A stretch of 64,000 nt of DNA from assembly GCA_965227515.1 (NCBI GenBank), contig CBDDFZ010000001.1, positions 1,792,001 to 1,856,000 of the forward strand, in the 5' to 3' direction. Below the pieces are notes generated by a model. The model had not been told where the DNA came from, ran no database searches, and worked only from the letters and a program-made list of their open reading frames with translations. Every line of letters starts with the position of its first letter. Position 1 is the stretch's first letter. This DNA comes from Alphaproteobacteria bacterium. GTDB lineage: Bacteria; Pseudomonadota; Alphaproteobacteria; CALKHQ01. This document shows positions 1 through 11,200 of this stretch, piece by piece. A program made the position numbers and the translations under genes.

Positions 1-603
1 CTGGACGAGATATTCCTGCCGTTCGATGCCGGCCGCTGGAGCGGGTCGGCGGGCGAGGTCGAGAACGCCATCGTCGACGACGAGTTCGGCGAGGTGATCG
101 ACCGGCTGCGCGCGAAAGGCGCGCTGGTGTGGGTCGTCTTCGATGCCTGCCATTCCGGCACGATGGATCGCGGCGGTATGGCCGATGGCGATATGACCGA
201 GCGCGACCGCGGGATCGAGCCGGCGGCGCTTGGCGTGCCGCTGCGCGATCTGGAGCGCGGCGATGGCGATCCGCATGAAGGCAGCATGGACGAGAGCGGG
301 CTTGAGGCGCCGGCCGGTGGCCTGGTCGCGTTCTACGCCGCCCAGAGCTGGGAGCGGGCGCCGGAGAAGCTGTTCAAGAACGAGCGTGGCGAACGCGCGT
401 TCTTCGGCCTGTTCAGCCGCACCCTCGCCGAGATCGTCTCGGACAGTCAGCCGCCGACATTTGCCGCGCTGATCGAGGAGGTCCGTGCGTCCTATGCCGA
501 ACAGGGGCGGGATGGCCCGAACCCGCTTGCCGAAGGCTCTGCGTTGAACGAGCCGATATTCCTGCACGATCCGTCGGCCCCGCCGCGCCGCGAGAATAGT
601 TAG
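1..603 (+). CDS. Caspase-family (peptidase C14, metacaspase-like) protein, 5'-truncated by window edge
   Basis: Frame open from base 1 (LDEIFLPFD...ENAIVDDE); catalytic VFDACHSG motif; FYAAQSWERAPE and GLFSRTL motifs typical of bacterial C14 domains. Confidence 0.85.
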   Translation: MDEIFLPFDAGRWSGSAGEVENAIVDDEFGEVIDRLRAKGALVWVVFDACHSGTMDRGGMADGDMTERDRGIEPAALGVPLRDLERGDGDPHEGSMDESGLEAPAGGLVAFYAAQSWERAPEKLFKNERGERAFFGLFSRTLAEIVSDSQPPTFAALIEEVRASYAEQGRDGPNPLAEGSALNEPIFLHDPSAPPRRENS

Positions 604-758
604 CCTATAGGCTACGGAGCCTGCATCGCCCTCGGTCCCGATACTTCTTCACGTCAGACTGGCCGAGGTTCGCTGGGGACTGTCAAACCCTTCATTGTCA
701 TCCTTGGCCGGAGCCCAACGTCACGTTGGGCGCAGCGCCGAGGATCTTCCGTGTTTGG

Positions 759-1972
<1,214 letters not shown>

Positions 1973-2099
1973 TCAAGGATGACAAGGGTGTTGGTGAGGG
2001 GGCGCAGACACACGGCACCGACACAGGTCAGGAACCTGTGCGCGGCGCTCTAAGCGCTTGCACGAGTTCCACCCATAGTCGCCCGACCATATGCCCCAA

Positions 2100-3716
2100 T
2101 CACCCCTGCCCTCGGAGGTCCCTCCGGACGATCTTGCCGGTGGCGGTCAGCGGCAGCGCGTCGACGAACGCGATCTGGCGCGGATACTCGTGCGCGGCCA
2201 GCCGCTGTTTCACGAAGTCCTGCAGCTCGGCCGCCAGATCGTCGGACGCGGCGTGGCCCTCTGCCAGCACGACGAACGCCTTCACCGCCTGGGTGCGCAC
2301 CGGGTCGGGCACGCCGACCACGCCGGCCATGCTGACGGCGGGGTGGGCGATCAGGCAGTCCTCGATCTCGCCGGGGCCGATCCGGTAGCCGGCCGACGTG
2401 ATGATGTCGTCGTCGCGGCCGACGAAGGTCAACCAGCCGTCGGCGTCGCGCACCCCGGTGTCGCCCGTCTTCAGCCAGTCGCCGGCGAACTTCGCCGCCG
2501 TCGCCTCCGGATTGCGCCAGTATCCCAGGAACATCACCGGGTCGGGCCGGCGCACGGCAATGGTGCCCTGGGTGCCGTCCGGCACCGCCCGCCCGGCATC
2601 GTCGATGACGGCGACCTCGTGGCCAGGGACCGCGCGGCCCATATGGCCGGGGCGTGCCGGCATCACCCGCGCGCATGACGACACGATCATGTTGCACTCG
2701 GTCTGGCCGTAAAACTCGTTGATGGTGAGGCCGAACACGCGCCGGCCCCAGTCCAGCAACTCCGCACCCAGGGTTTCGCCACCGGACGCGATGGTGCGCA
2801 TGTCGAAGGTCCAGCGCCGCTCCGGCGCGTCGACCGTGCGCATCAGCTTCAAGGCCGTCGGTGGGATGAAGGCGTTGCGCACGCCCAGGTCGGCGATCAG
2901 GCCGAACGCGGCCTCCGGGTCGAACTTCGCAAACCGCTGCACGACGACGGGCACGCCATGGTGCAGGGCCGGCAGCAGCACGTCCAGCAGGCCGCCGATC
3001 CAGGCCCAGTCCGCCGGGGTCCATATCAGGTCGCCGGGCTGCGGGAACTGGTCGTGGCTGATCTCCACGCCGGGCAAATGCCCCAGCAGCACCCGATGGG
3101 CGTGCAGCGCGCCCTTCGGCGGCCCGGTGGTGCCGGAGGTGTAGATGATCAGTGCCGGGTCGTCGGCGGCGGTGTCGACGGGCTTGAAGTCATCGGCCAG
3201 GCCGGCCATTTCGCCGTGCAGGTCTAGTGCGCCGGGGGCCGGGCCGTCGATGACGAACACGGCGGCGAGATCGGGCAGGTCGCCGCGCATGTCGGCGAGC
3301 TTGGCGGCACCCTCGGCGTTGGTCACCACCACCTTGGCGCCGCTGTCCCCGAGCCGGAAGCGCAACGCGTCCGGTCCGAACGGCATGAACAGCGGGATCG
3401 AAATTGCGCCCCGCTTGAAGGCGGCGATGTGGGTGGCGGCGGTCTCCACCGCTTGTGGCAGCAGCACGGCAACCCGGTCGCCACGCGCCACCCCGGATCC
3501 TGCCAGAAGATGGGCGATCCGGTTGGACAGCGCCCGCAGGCCGCCGTAAGTGACCATACGGCCGCTCCCCCCGTCGCCGGCAACGATCAGCGCCGGGCGG
3601 TCCGGCTCCCGGGCTGCCCACCGGTCGCAAACGTCGACGCCGATGTTGTAGCGCCGCGGCACCGCCCAGGCGAAACGCTCGACCAGGTCTTCATAGGTGT
3701 CGGCATCGGGCAGCAT
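2100..3716 (-). CDS. AMP-binding acyl-CoA synthetase (acetate/medium-chain CoA ligase-like)
   Basis: IYTSGTTGPPKG, EFYGQTE, TGD and LPLTATGK motifs. Confidence 0.9.
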   Translation of the reverse strand: MLPDADTYEDLVERFAWAVPRRYNIGVDVCDRWAAREPDRPALIVAGDGGSGRMVTYGGLRALSNRIAHLLAGSGVARGDRVAVLLPQAVETAATHIAAFKRGAISIPLFMPFGPDALRFRLGDSGAKVVVTNAEGAAKLADMRGDLPDLAAVFVIDGPAPGALDLHGEMAGLADDFKPVDTAADDPALIIYTSGTTGPPKGALHAHRVLLGHLPGVEISHDQFPQPGDLIWTPADWAWIGGLLDVLLPALHHGVPVVVQRFAKFDPEAAFGLIADLGVRNAFIPPTALKLMRTVDAPERRWTFDMRTIASGGETLGAELLDWGRRVFGLTINEFYGQTECNMIVSSCARVMPARPGHMGRAVPGHEVAVIDDAGRAVPDGTQGTIAVRRPDPVMFLGYWRNPEATAAKFAGDWLKTGDTGVRDADGWLTFVGRDDDIITSAGYRIGPGEIEDCLIAHPAVSMAGVVGVPDPVRTQAVKAFVVLAEGHAASDDLAAELQDFVKQRLAAHEYPRQIAFVDALPLTATGKIVRRDLRGQG

Positions 3717-3737
3717 CGGCGTCGCGGACGAATCGCC

Positions 3738-4595
3738 TCACTCGCTGCGCAGATACGCCGCCATGCCGCGGACGTTGAGTTCGCGCCAATCCTCGTAGTT
3801 CGACCAGCTCGCATAGTCGTCCATCGTCACTTCGGCGACGATCTCGTCGTCGGACATGCCGGCGTCGATGCCCTCCCGCACCTGGTCGCGCAGGCTTTCC
3901 ATGTAGACGCGGGTTGCCGCCACATCGCTGTGGCTGCCGATGTTGCCGTGGCCTGGGGCCATGATCTCGAACTCCAGCGCCTCGGCGCGCATCAGCCCGG
4001 CAATCCAGCCGTCGATGTCGGCGCCACCGAAGTCGCGGAACGGCAGCCTCGTGGGCGCCGCGATATCGACCACGAAGCCCACGTTCTCCGGCCGGATGAC
4101 GGTGACGATCAGGTTGTCGGAGTGGCCGGGGCCGACATAGCTCATCTCGAAGGTCTTGCCGCCGAACGCCAGCGTCATCGTGTCGGAAAAGGTGATGTCG
4201 GGCATGGCGGTGGGCACGCCCTCAGCCTCGATCGCGACTGCCGCGTTCTCATGCGCGATGACGGTCGCAGTGTCGGCGAACACCTCGCCGCCGGACATAT
4301 GGTCGGCGTGGTGGTGGCTGTAGATCATGTATGCGATCGGCAGGTCGCCGAACATCGAGGCGATCTCGCTCTCCAGCCACGTGGCCGCCTCCGCATTGAT
4401 CGGGTCGGTCACCACGATGCCGTCCGGCGTCACCACGAACACCGAGAAATGGAAATTGTTCTGGAACCGGTAGACGTCGCCGGCGATCTGGGTGACGGCG
4501 CGGGTCGGCTCCTGGGCCAGCGCGGGCAAGGCGGCAAGGCCAGCGGTGCAGGCAACCACCGCCGCCATGGCGCTGATGGTGCGTCGTGCGGGCAT
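3738..4595 (-). CDS. Secreted MBL-fold metallo-hydrolase
   Basis: Signal peptide (ALA-QE), SHHHADH motif, GPGHS and APGHG; start 4595 follows an AGGGAGG RBS. Confidence 0.85.
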   Translation of the reverse strand: MPARRTISAMAAVVACTAGLAALPALAQEPTRAVTQIAGDVYRFQNNFHFSVFVVTPDGIVVTDPINAEAATWLESEIASMFGDLPIAYMIYSHHHADHMSGGEVFADTATVIAHENAAVAIEAEGVPTAMPDITFSDTMTLAFGGKTFEMSYVGPGHSDNLIVTVIRPENVGFVVDIAAPTRLPFRDFGGADIDGWIAGLMRAEALEFEIMAPGHGNIGSHSDVAATRVYMESLRDQVREGIDAGMSDDEIVAEVTMDDYASWSNYEDWRELNVRGMAAYLRSE

Positions 4596-4667
4596 CTGAT
4601 CCTCCCTATCGGTTCGGTCTTGTTGTTCAGGAACCGCCATATTGCCGGCGCCTGCCGACCGCCCGAA

Positions 4668-5432
4668 TCACGTTGCCGTCAACCAGCCCAGCGCCTGGCC
4701 CCACAGCCGCGTGAAGTGCGGCCATTCGAAGGTGGCGGACGGCAGCCAGTGAGGGCCGATGTCGCTGGTCCACACCATCGTTCGGCCGGCCCCGTGCTCG
4801 CCGACCGCCAGCACCGGCAGGCGCCGATAGAGGTCGCTCGCCGTTGCCAGCACAGTCGCGTTCGGCTTGGCGGTCACCTCGTTGAAGCCCAGGATCGGCG
4901 GCCAATCGCCGTCGATGCCGTCCAGGATCGGGTGCGTGCCCGCGACTTCCGGCGCCATGCCCTGCGGCACCTCGATCCGGTCGTCGTAGGGCTGCATGGT
5001 CACCGGTAGCACCTCCTCCACCGGGGTGCCGCGATAGCGCGCGCTGCCGTTGATGCCCTGGAAGCTCAGATAGCCGCCGATCATCGCCAGCCCGCCGCCG
5101 CCGTGGACATAGCGCTCCAGCGCCAGCAGCCGGTTCGGCGTGGTGCGGGAGTGGATCCAGGTGTCCGGGTGCAGCAACAGCGTGTCGGCGCCGATGTCGG
5201 ACAGCAGGATCGCGTCGTACGCCGCCAGTGCTTCCGCCGTGGCCGGGAAGTCGGTCTGCGCGTCGTGGCAGGGCATGTAGGTGATGTCGAACGGCAGGCC
5301 GGCGAGTGCCGCCAGGAACCCGTCCGCGCCGCGATGGAAGGTGACGGTGGGGAACTGGTCGAATCCCTTGATGTGGGTTGCCTGGGTCACCCAGCTCTCG
5401 CCGGCTAGCAGGATCTTCTTGTTCTCGGGCAT
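4668..5432 (-). CDS. Class I glutamine amidotransferase-like protein (DUF1355/STM3548-like)
   Basis: LLAGESW...HIKGFD, ILLSDIGA, GGYLSFQG and WTSDIGPHW motifs. Confidence 0.85.
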   Translation of the reverse strand: MPENKKILLAGESWVTQATHIKGFDQFPTVTFHRGADGFLAALAGLPFDITYMPCHDAQTDFPATAEALAAYDAILLSDIGADTLLLHPDTWIHSRTTPNRLLALERYVHGGGGLAMIGGYLSFQGINGSARYRGTPVEEVLPVTMQPYDDRIEVPQGMAPEVAGTHPILDGIDGDWPPILGFNEVTAKPNATVLATASDLYRRLPVLAVGEHGAGRTMVWTSDIGPHWLPSATFEWPHFTRLWGQALGWLTAT

Positions 5433-5768
5433 GGGCGTTCACTCCGGTCGGCTCAGGTGGTCGCGATCATAAGGCCACAGGTGCGAAGTGGCGGCAATGC
5501 GGTCCGAACGGCCGTCCGATCGCGTCGCCGATCCGCCGTCGCCCGCCCTTGCGCCCACGACAGCGCATGTCGTGTCGCTCTCCTCGCTATCCATTGCATT
5601 TCATGGGAATTCGAGCCGAGTTGCCCGCGGCCGACATGCCTCGACTTTACTGAAACGCAAGACCTTTCGTGCGACGGTCCGGGTGCGGCGATTGCGGGAA
5701 GAATTCCGGCCGGCCAAGAAGGCAGCGGCCAACGCAAGCGTCACTCGACAGCAGGAGACAACAGGACG

Positions 5769-8156
5769 TTGTCGGCAGTCCACGCATCATCTGCGGCCTA
5801 TCTGGTCAAAGCCGCACCACCCCCGTTGGCGCGTGCCGGCGCGTTCGTGCCGTTCACGACCGAGCAGCTTGCGTTCACGCGCATGCGCTTCGACCGCGAC
5901 GGCAAGCTGGTGGCGCTGATGACGCCCCTGTCGGGCGGCCAGGGCTATTACGTCGTGCCATGGCCGATGTTGCCCGACATGGTGATGATGTCGGTGTTCG
6001 ACCGGGTGCTGCACGAAGATCTCAACGACATGATCGAGGTCGACCCCGCGTATGTCCGCAAGCGGGTCCTGTCGATCCAGCGTCGCGGCTTCTGCGGTCC
6101 GCGCGCCGCCGACGAGGCGCGGCTGGCGATGGAAAGCGACGACCGCCGCCGCAGCGAGGTCTATTTGGCCCTGCTGGAACGCGCGGCGGACGGCATTGAC
6201 GGCAAGCCGGTCGCGCACCGGTCCGGCCGGCCCGATCTGCCGACCCTGCTGCAAAAAATGCGCGGTCTCGCCATCAAGCTCTCGCTGCGGCCTGAGGCGC
6301 TGCAGCGCGCCACCCAGGAATGGGCGGCGCACATGATGCTGTTCGGCCTCAACCTGCCGGGCCTGGAAGGACCGCTGCGCATTCAGACCGCCGCCTTGTC
6401 GCAACAGGCCAACGACCTGCTGACCTGGTCGGCGGGCGAGCATCCCGAGTATGCCGAGATCGGCCGCACCTGTGCCGTGGCCGCCGAGAAGGGGGCCAAG
6501 CTCGCCACCGGCCTGTTGCAGGAAATCGATGTGGCCGTCGGCGAGCCGGTGCCCACCATCGTCAAGTGGCAGGAGCGCAGCGCGCGGTTGCGCATGCTGA
6601 TCAACGCGGCATCGGCCACCGTGCAGTCCTGGTGGGCGGCAACCGAGGAATGGCGCGACGCGTCGGAGCGGCGCGACCGTCATGCGATGCGTCATTGCAT
6701 CGGCAAGCTGAGCCGCCTGCTGACCATTCTGTCGCCGGAAACGGCAAACCGGCCGGCCGGCCAGGCGAACTGGCAGCCGCAGGTCGTTTCGGACGCAAGC
6801 AATGACACGGCGGAAGAGGCGGCCGGCGCTGCCGCGGCCGCGGCGGAGGAAGAGACGACGGAGCGCACCCGCAGGGCCGCCATATCGCGCGCGCAACAGT
6901 TGCGCGTGGCGGTGATGGAGCGGGCCGGCGACAGTGCCGTCATCGCGCGGCTGATGTGCGGCTCGTTCATGGACCTGGTGTCCGACGGCGTCGACCCCAG
7001 ACCGGGCGATCTCCGGGCCGAGACGTTCGATATCGCCGCCGGGTTGCTGCGCCGCACATGGTCGCGCATGGAACTGGAAGTGTTCGATTCCCTCGCGATG
7101 ATTGCGCATGAGCCGGCGAACTTCGCTCAATCGGTGCGTCAATTGCGCAAGTCGGCCATTCGCGGGCTGATGCCGTATTTCGGCCCCGAGGCGGAACTGA
7201 CGGCCGAGCAGGTGGAAGACCTGGCCGGCAGCGAGGAGCAGCATCGGGAACTGCGCCGGCTGTTGGGGGCGGCGTTGTGCTCGTCCCATTTCGATGCGCT
7301 GCTGGTCGACCTGCCGCCGGCCCCGGTGCCATGGCTGACCATGACCGACATCCGGCGCATCATCCGTGAGCTGGAGCGATGCGCCGCCACGTCTGTGGAA
7401 GGCGCGGTCACGCTGCTGCACATGACGATGCGCCAGCTATCCGACCAGGTCCAGGTGGTCCAGATTCTGCGCATCATGGCGGCGGACAAGCTGGTCAAGG
7501 TGCTCAACCATCCCGACATGGCGTCCATCGTCGCCGCGATCATCCACTATGTCGAAGGGCAGGCGACCGCGCTTGTCGACGAACTGACCCGGTTCGAGGG
7601 TGCATTGGACCTGAATGACGCCCTGTCGCGGTTCGTCGACGCCATCCGAACCAGCGGCACCGCGACCGTGGTGCGCCATGACGGCGCCATGTCGCGGCGC
7701 GTGAAGGCGGCCAACCAGACCGTGGTCGAGGCATTCCGCGCCGGCCTGGTCGACGCCGGGCCGAAGTGGATGGACCGGGCGTTCCCGCGCGTGGCGCGGG
7801 ATCGGGACGCATGGGTGGAGGAAGAGTCCGCACCGACGGTCGACCTCAACGAGTCGTTGGATATCGTCGCGCTGCACAAGCTCGAGCGTCTGCTGGACCT
7901 GCTGCCGGTTCTGAGCGACCTGTCGTCGTCCCTGGGGATTGAGACGGACTGCGCCATTCTGGAGGGCCGGATGCGCGACGCCACCAATGCGCTGGTGGCC
8001 GCCGTTCGCGAGGCGCTGATGCACGCCGGTGCCGCGCAATCGCGCAACCTGGCGCCGCATCTGATCTATGCCACCTGGCTGACCGAGCGGGTGGTCGGGA
8101 CCGACCAGGCCGACAAGCTGCGCCGCCGCGCGGCGCCGCTGCTGGAGCTCAAGTAG
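5769..8156 (+). CDS. Large hypothetical protein (about 795 aa), mainly helical
   Basis: Long ORF with host-like codon usage from about 5800; probable TTG start at 5769 after AGGA; start uncertain. Confidence 0.7.
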   Translation: MSAVHASSAAYLVKAAPPPLARAGAFVPFTTEQLAFTRMRFDRDGKLVALMTPLSGGQGYYVVPWPMLPDMVMMSVFDRVLHEDLNDMIEVDPAYVRKRVLSIQRRGFCGPRAADEARLAMESDDRRRSEVYLALLERAADGIDGKPVAHRSGRPDLPTLLQKMRGLAIKLSLRPEALQRATQEWAAHMMLFGLNLPGLEGPLRIQTAALSQQANDLLTWSAGEHPEYAEIGRTCAVAAEKGAKLATGLLQEIDVAVGEPVPTIVKWQERSARLRMLINAASATVQSWWAATEEWRDASERRDRHAMRHCIGKLSRLLTILSPETANRPAGQANWQPQVVSDASNDTAEEAAGAAAAAAEEETTERTRRAAISRAQQLRVAVMERAGDSAVIARLMCGSFMDLVSDGVDPRPGDLRAETFDIAAGLLRRTWSRMELEVFDSLAMIAHEPANFAQSVRQLRKSAIRGLMPYFGPEAELTAEQVEDLAGSEEQHRELRRLLGAALCSSHFDALLVDLPPAPVPWLTMTDIRRIIRELERCAATSVEGAVTLLHMTMRQLSDQVQVVQILRIMAADKLVKVLNHPDMASIVAAIIHYVEGQATALVDELTRFEGALDLNDALSRFVDAIRTSGTATVVRHDGAMSRRVKAANQTVVEAFRAGLVDAGPKWMDRAFPRVARDRDAWVEEESAPTVDLNESLDIVALHKLERLLDLLPVLSDLSSSLGIETDCAILEGRMRDATNALVAAVREALMHAGAAQSRNLAPHLIYATWLTERVVGTDQADKLRRRAAPLLELK

Positions 8157-8298
8157 ACGGCAGCCCTGTTCGCGCGGGCCCGGGCGCGACGGCCGGTTTC
8201 GCGCAATGTGATCGTTTTTTGTGCACGCTGGCAGACACAACCGTTGAAATGTAGATTGGTCCGCGTCGCGTGAACGGCATCCACCGGCGAGGGCCCCC

Positions 8299-11200
8299 AT
8301 GTCTCGTTCGAGTTACCAGCGCAAGCTCAATGTCATCGACCGTTTGACCGCGCGGCTGGGAGACGCCCCCACCGCGTCGCCGGCCGCCTATTGCCGCAGC
8401 TTCTATGAGCACGTCCCGCCGGACGATGTCTGCGAGCGCCAGGACGATGAGCTGTTGGCCGCGGTGACGGCGATGTATCGCCTGGCCCAGGGCCGCACCG
8501 GCCACGAGCCGCTGGTCCGGGTGTTCAATCCCGATGTCGAGCAGCACGGCTGGCAGTCGCCCCACACCATCATCCAGATCGTCAACGACGACATGCCGTT
8601 CCTGGTCGACAGCATCACGGCGGAGCTGAACCGGCGCGGACTTGCCGTGCATTTGGTCATTCATCCGATCGTGCGCGTTGTGCGCGACGACAGCGGGACC
8701 ATCCAGACGATCACGCCAGCGGGTGACGGCGAGGGCGAGGGCCGGGTCGAGAGCCACATGCACGTGGAGATCGACGAGCTGCAGGACCCGGCGGAGATGG
8801 CGGCCGTTCAGGACGCGGTGGTCGCCGTGATCCAGGACGTGCGCGCGGCAGTGGAAGACTGGCCGACGATGACCGCCAAGGTCGACGAGGTGATCGCCAG
8901 CCTGCGCGACAACCCGCCGCCGGCGGAAGCGGGCGACGTGGAGGAAGCGGTGGCCTTCCTGCAGTGGCTGTGCGCGGACAATTTCACCTTCCTGGGTTAC
9001 CGCGACTACGACTACGAGGGCACCGGCGAGAACCGCTCGATGGAAGTGGTGGAAGGGTCCGGCCTCGGCATCATCCGCAACCCGGACACCCGCCTGTTCG
9101 GCCGACGCCGGGAAATGGAGACGTTGCCCGAGGATGTGCGCCACTTCATGCTGGCGCCGTCCCTGCTGCAGGTCACCAAGGCGAACCGCCGGTCCACCGT
9201 GCACCGTGGCGTGCACCTGGACACCATCAGCCTGAAGCGCTTCGACAGCGCAGGCAACGTCGATGGCGAGCAGATGTTCGCCGGTCTGTTCACCTCGTCG
9301 TCCTATCTGCAGCGGGTGCAGCAGGTGCCGATGTTGCGCGCCAAGGTCCGCGACACGCTCAAGCGCTCGGAGCTGCCGCCGCGCAGCCACGCCCGCAAGG
9401 CGCTGGAACACATCCTGGAGACATTTCCGCGCGACGAGCTCTATCAGATCGAGGTCGACGACCTGGAGCGCATCGCCCGCGGCATCCTCGATTTGCAGGA
9501 GCGCCAGCGCACCGCGCTGTTCATGCGCGAGGACCCGTTCGAGCGCTTTGTTTCCGCGTTCGTGTTCTGCCCGCGCGAACGCTACAACACCGAGTTGCGG
9601 CACCGCTTCGGCGACCTGCTGGCCAAGGCCCTGAACGGGCGCGTCAGTGCGTTCTTCCCGCTGGTCAACGCCGACGCACCGTTGGCCCGGGTCCACTTCA
9701 TCATCGGCACCGAGCCCGGCAACATTCCCGAAGTCGATTTCGAGGACCTGGAAAACCAGATCATCGATGCCGCCCGCGACTGGTCGGACATGCTGCGCGA
9801 CCAACTGGTCGCCAGCCTGGGCGAGGAGCGGGGCCTGACCCTGCATCGCTCCTATTCCGATGGGTTGCCGGCCGGTTATCGCGAGCGGGTCAGCCCGGCG
9901 GCCGCGGTGTTCGACCTGGAACGGGTGGAGTCCGCGCGCAGCAGCGTCTCGCTGCAACTGAACCTTTATCGCCCGATCGACATGCCGGCCCATGCGGTTC
10001 GCCTGAAGGTCTATCACGCCGATCGCCCGATCCCGCTGTCGGATGTGCTGCCGATGCTGGAGCACATGGGGCTGAAGGTGATGACGGAGGAGCCCTATCG
10101 CATCCAGCCGCGCGACGACCGGGCGGTGCACATTCACGACTTCTCCGCCGAACAGCGCGGCCGCGAGCCGATCGACCTGGAAACGGTGAAGGCGCGGTTC
10201 GAGGATGCCTTCGTCCAGGTCTGGGACGAGCAGGTCGAGGACGACGGGTTCAACGCCCTGGTGCTGCTGGCGGGGCTGAGCTGCCGCGACGTGGTGGTGC
10301 TGCGTGCGCTGGCCAAGTACCTGCGCCAGGCCGGCATCCAGTTCAGCCAGGACTATCTGGAGCAAACGCTGGCGCGCCATCCGTGGCTGGTCAACAGGCT
10401 GGTTGCGTATTTCCAGGCCAAGTTCGACCCCGACTTCGGCGGCGACCGCAACGCCGCGCTGAAGGACCTGGAGACCGAACTGGAACACGGCCTGAAGGAC
10501 GTGGACAGCCTGGACGAAGACGTGATGCTGCGCCGGTTCCTGAACCTCATGCAGGCCGCTCTGCGCACCAACTACTTCCAGCCGGATGCCGAAGGTGCGG
10601 CCAAGTCCTATGTCGCGTTCAAGTTCGAGTCCGCCAAGGTCGACGGCTTGCCGCTGCCGCGCCCGCTCTATGAGGTCTTCGTCTATGCGCCGAGCGTGGA
10701 GGCGGTGCATCTGCGCGGCGGCAAGGTGGCGCGCGGCGGCATCCGCTGGTCGGACCGGCGCGAGGATTTCCGGACCGAGGTGCTGGGCCTGATGAAGGCG
10801 CAGATGGTGAAGAACGCGGTCATCGTGCCGGTCGGCTCGAAGGGCGGCTTCGTGGTCAAGCGCCCACCGGCGCCCACCGGCGACCCCGCCGCCGACCGCC
10901 AGGCCCAGCGCGACGCCGGCATCGAGTGCTACAAGACCTTCATGGGCGGCCTGCTCGACATCACGGACAACTTGGTCGACGGCCAGGTGGTGCCGCCCAA
11001 CAGCGTGGTGCGCCATGACGACGACGATCCCTATCTGGTGGTCGCCGCCGACAAGGGCACGGCCACCTTCTCCGACATCGCCAATGGCGTGTCGCTGGAC
11101 TACGGCTTCTGGCTCGGCGACGCGTTCGCATCCGGCGGGTCGGCCGGCTACGACCACAAGAAGATGGGCATTACCGCGCGCGGCGGCTGGGAATCGGTGA

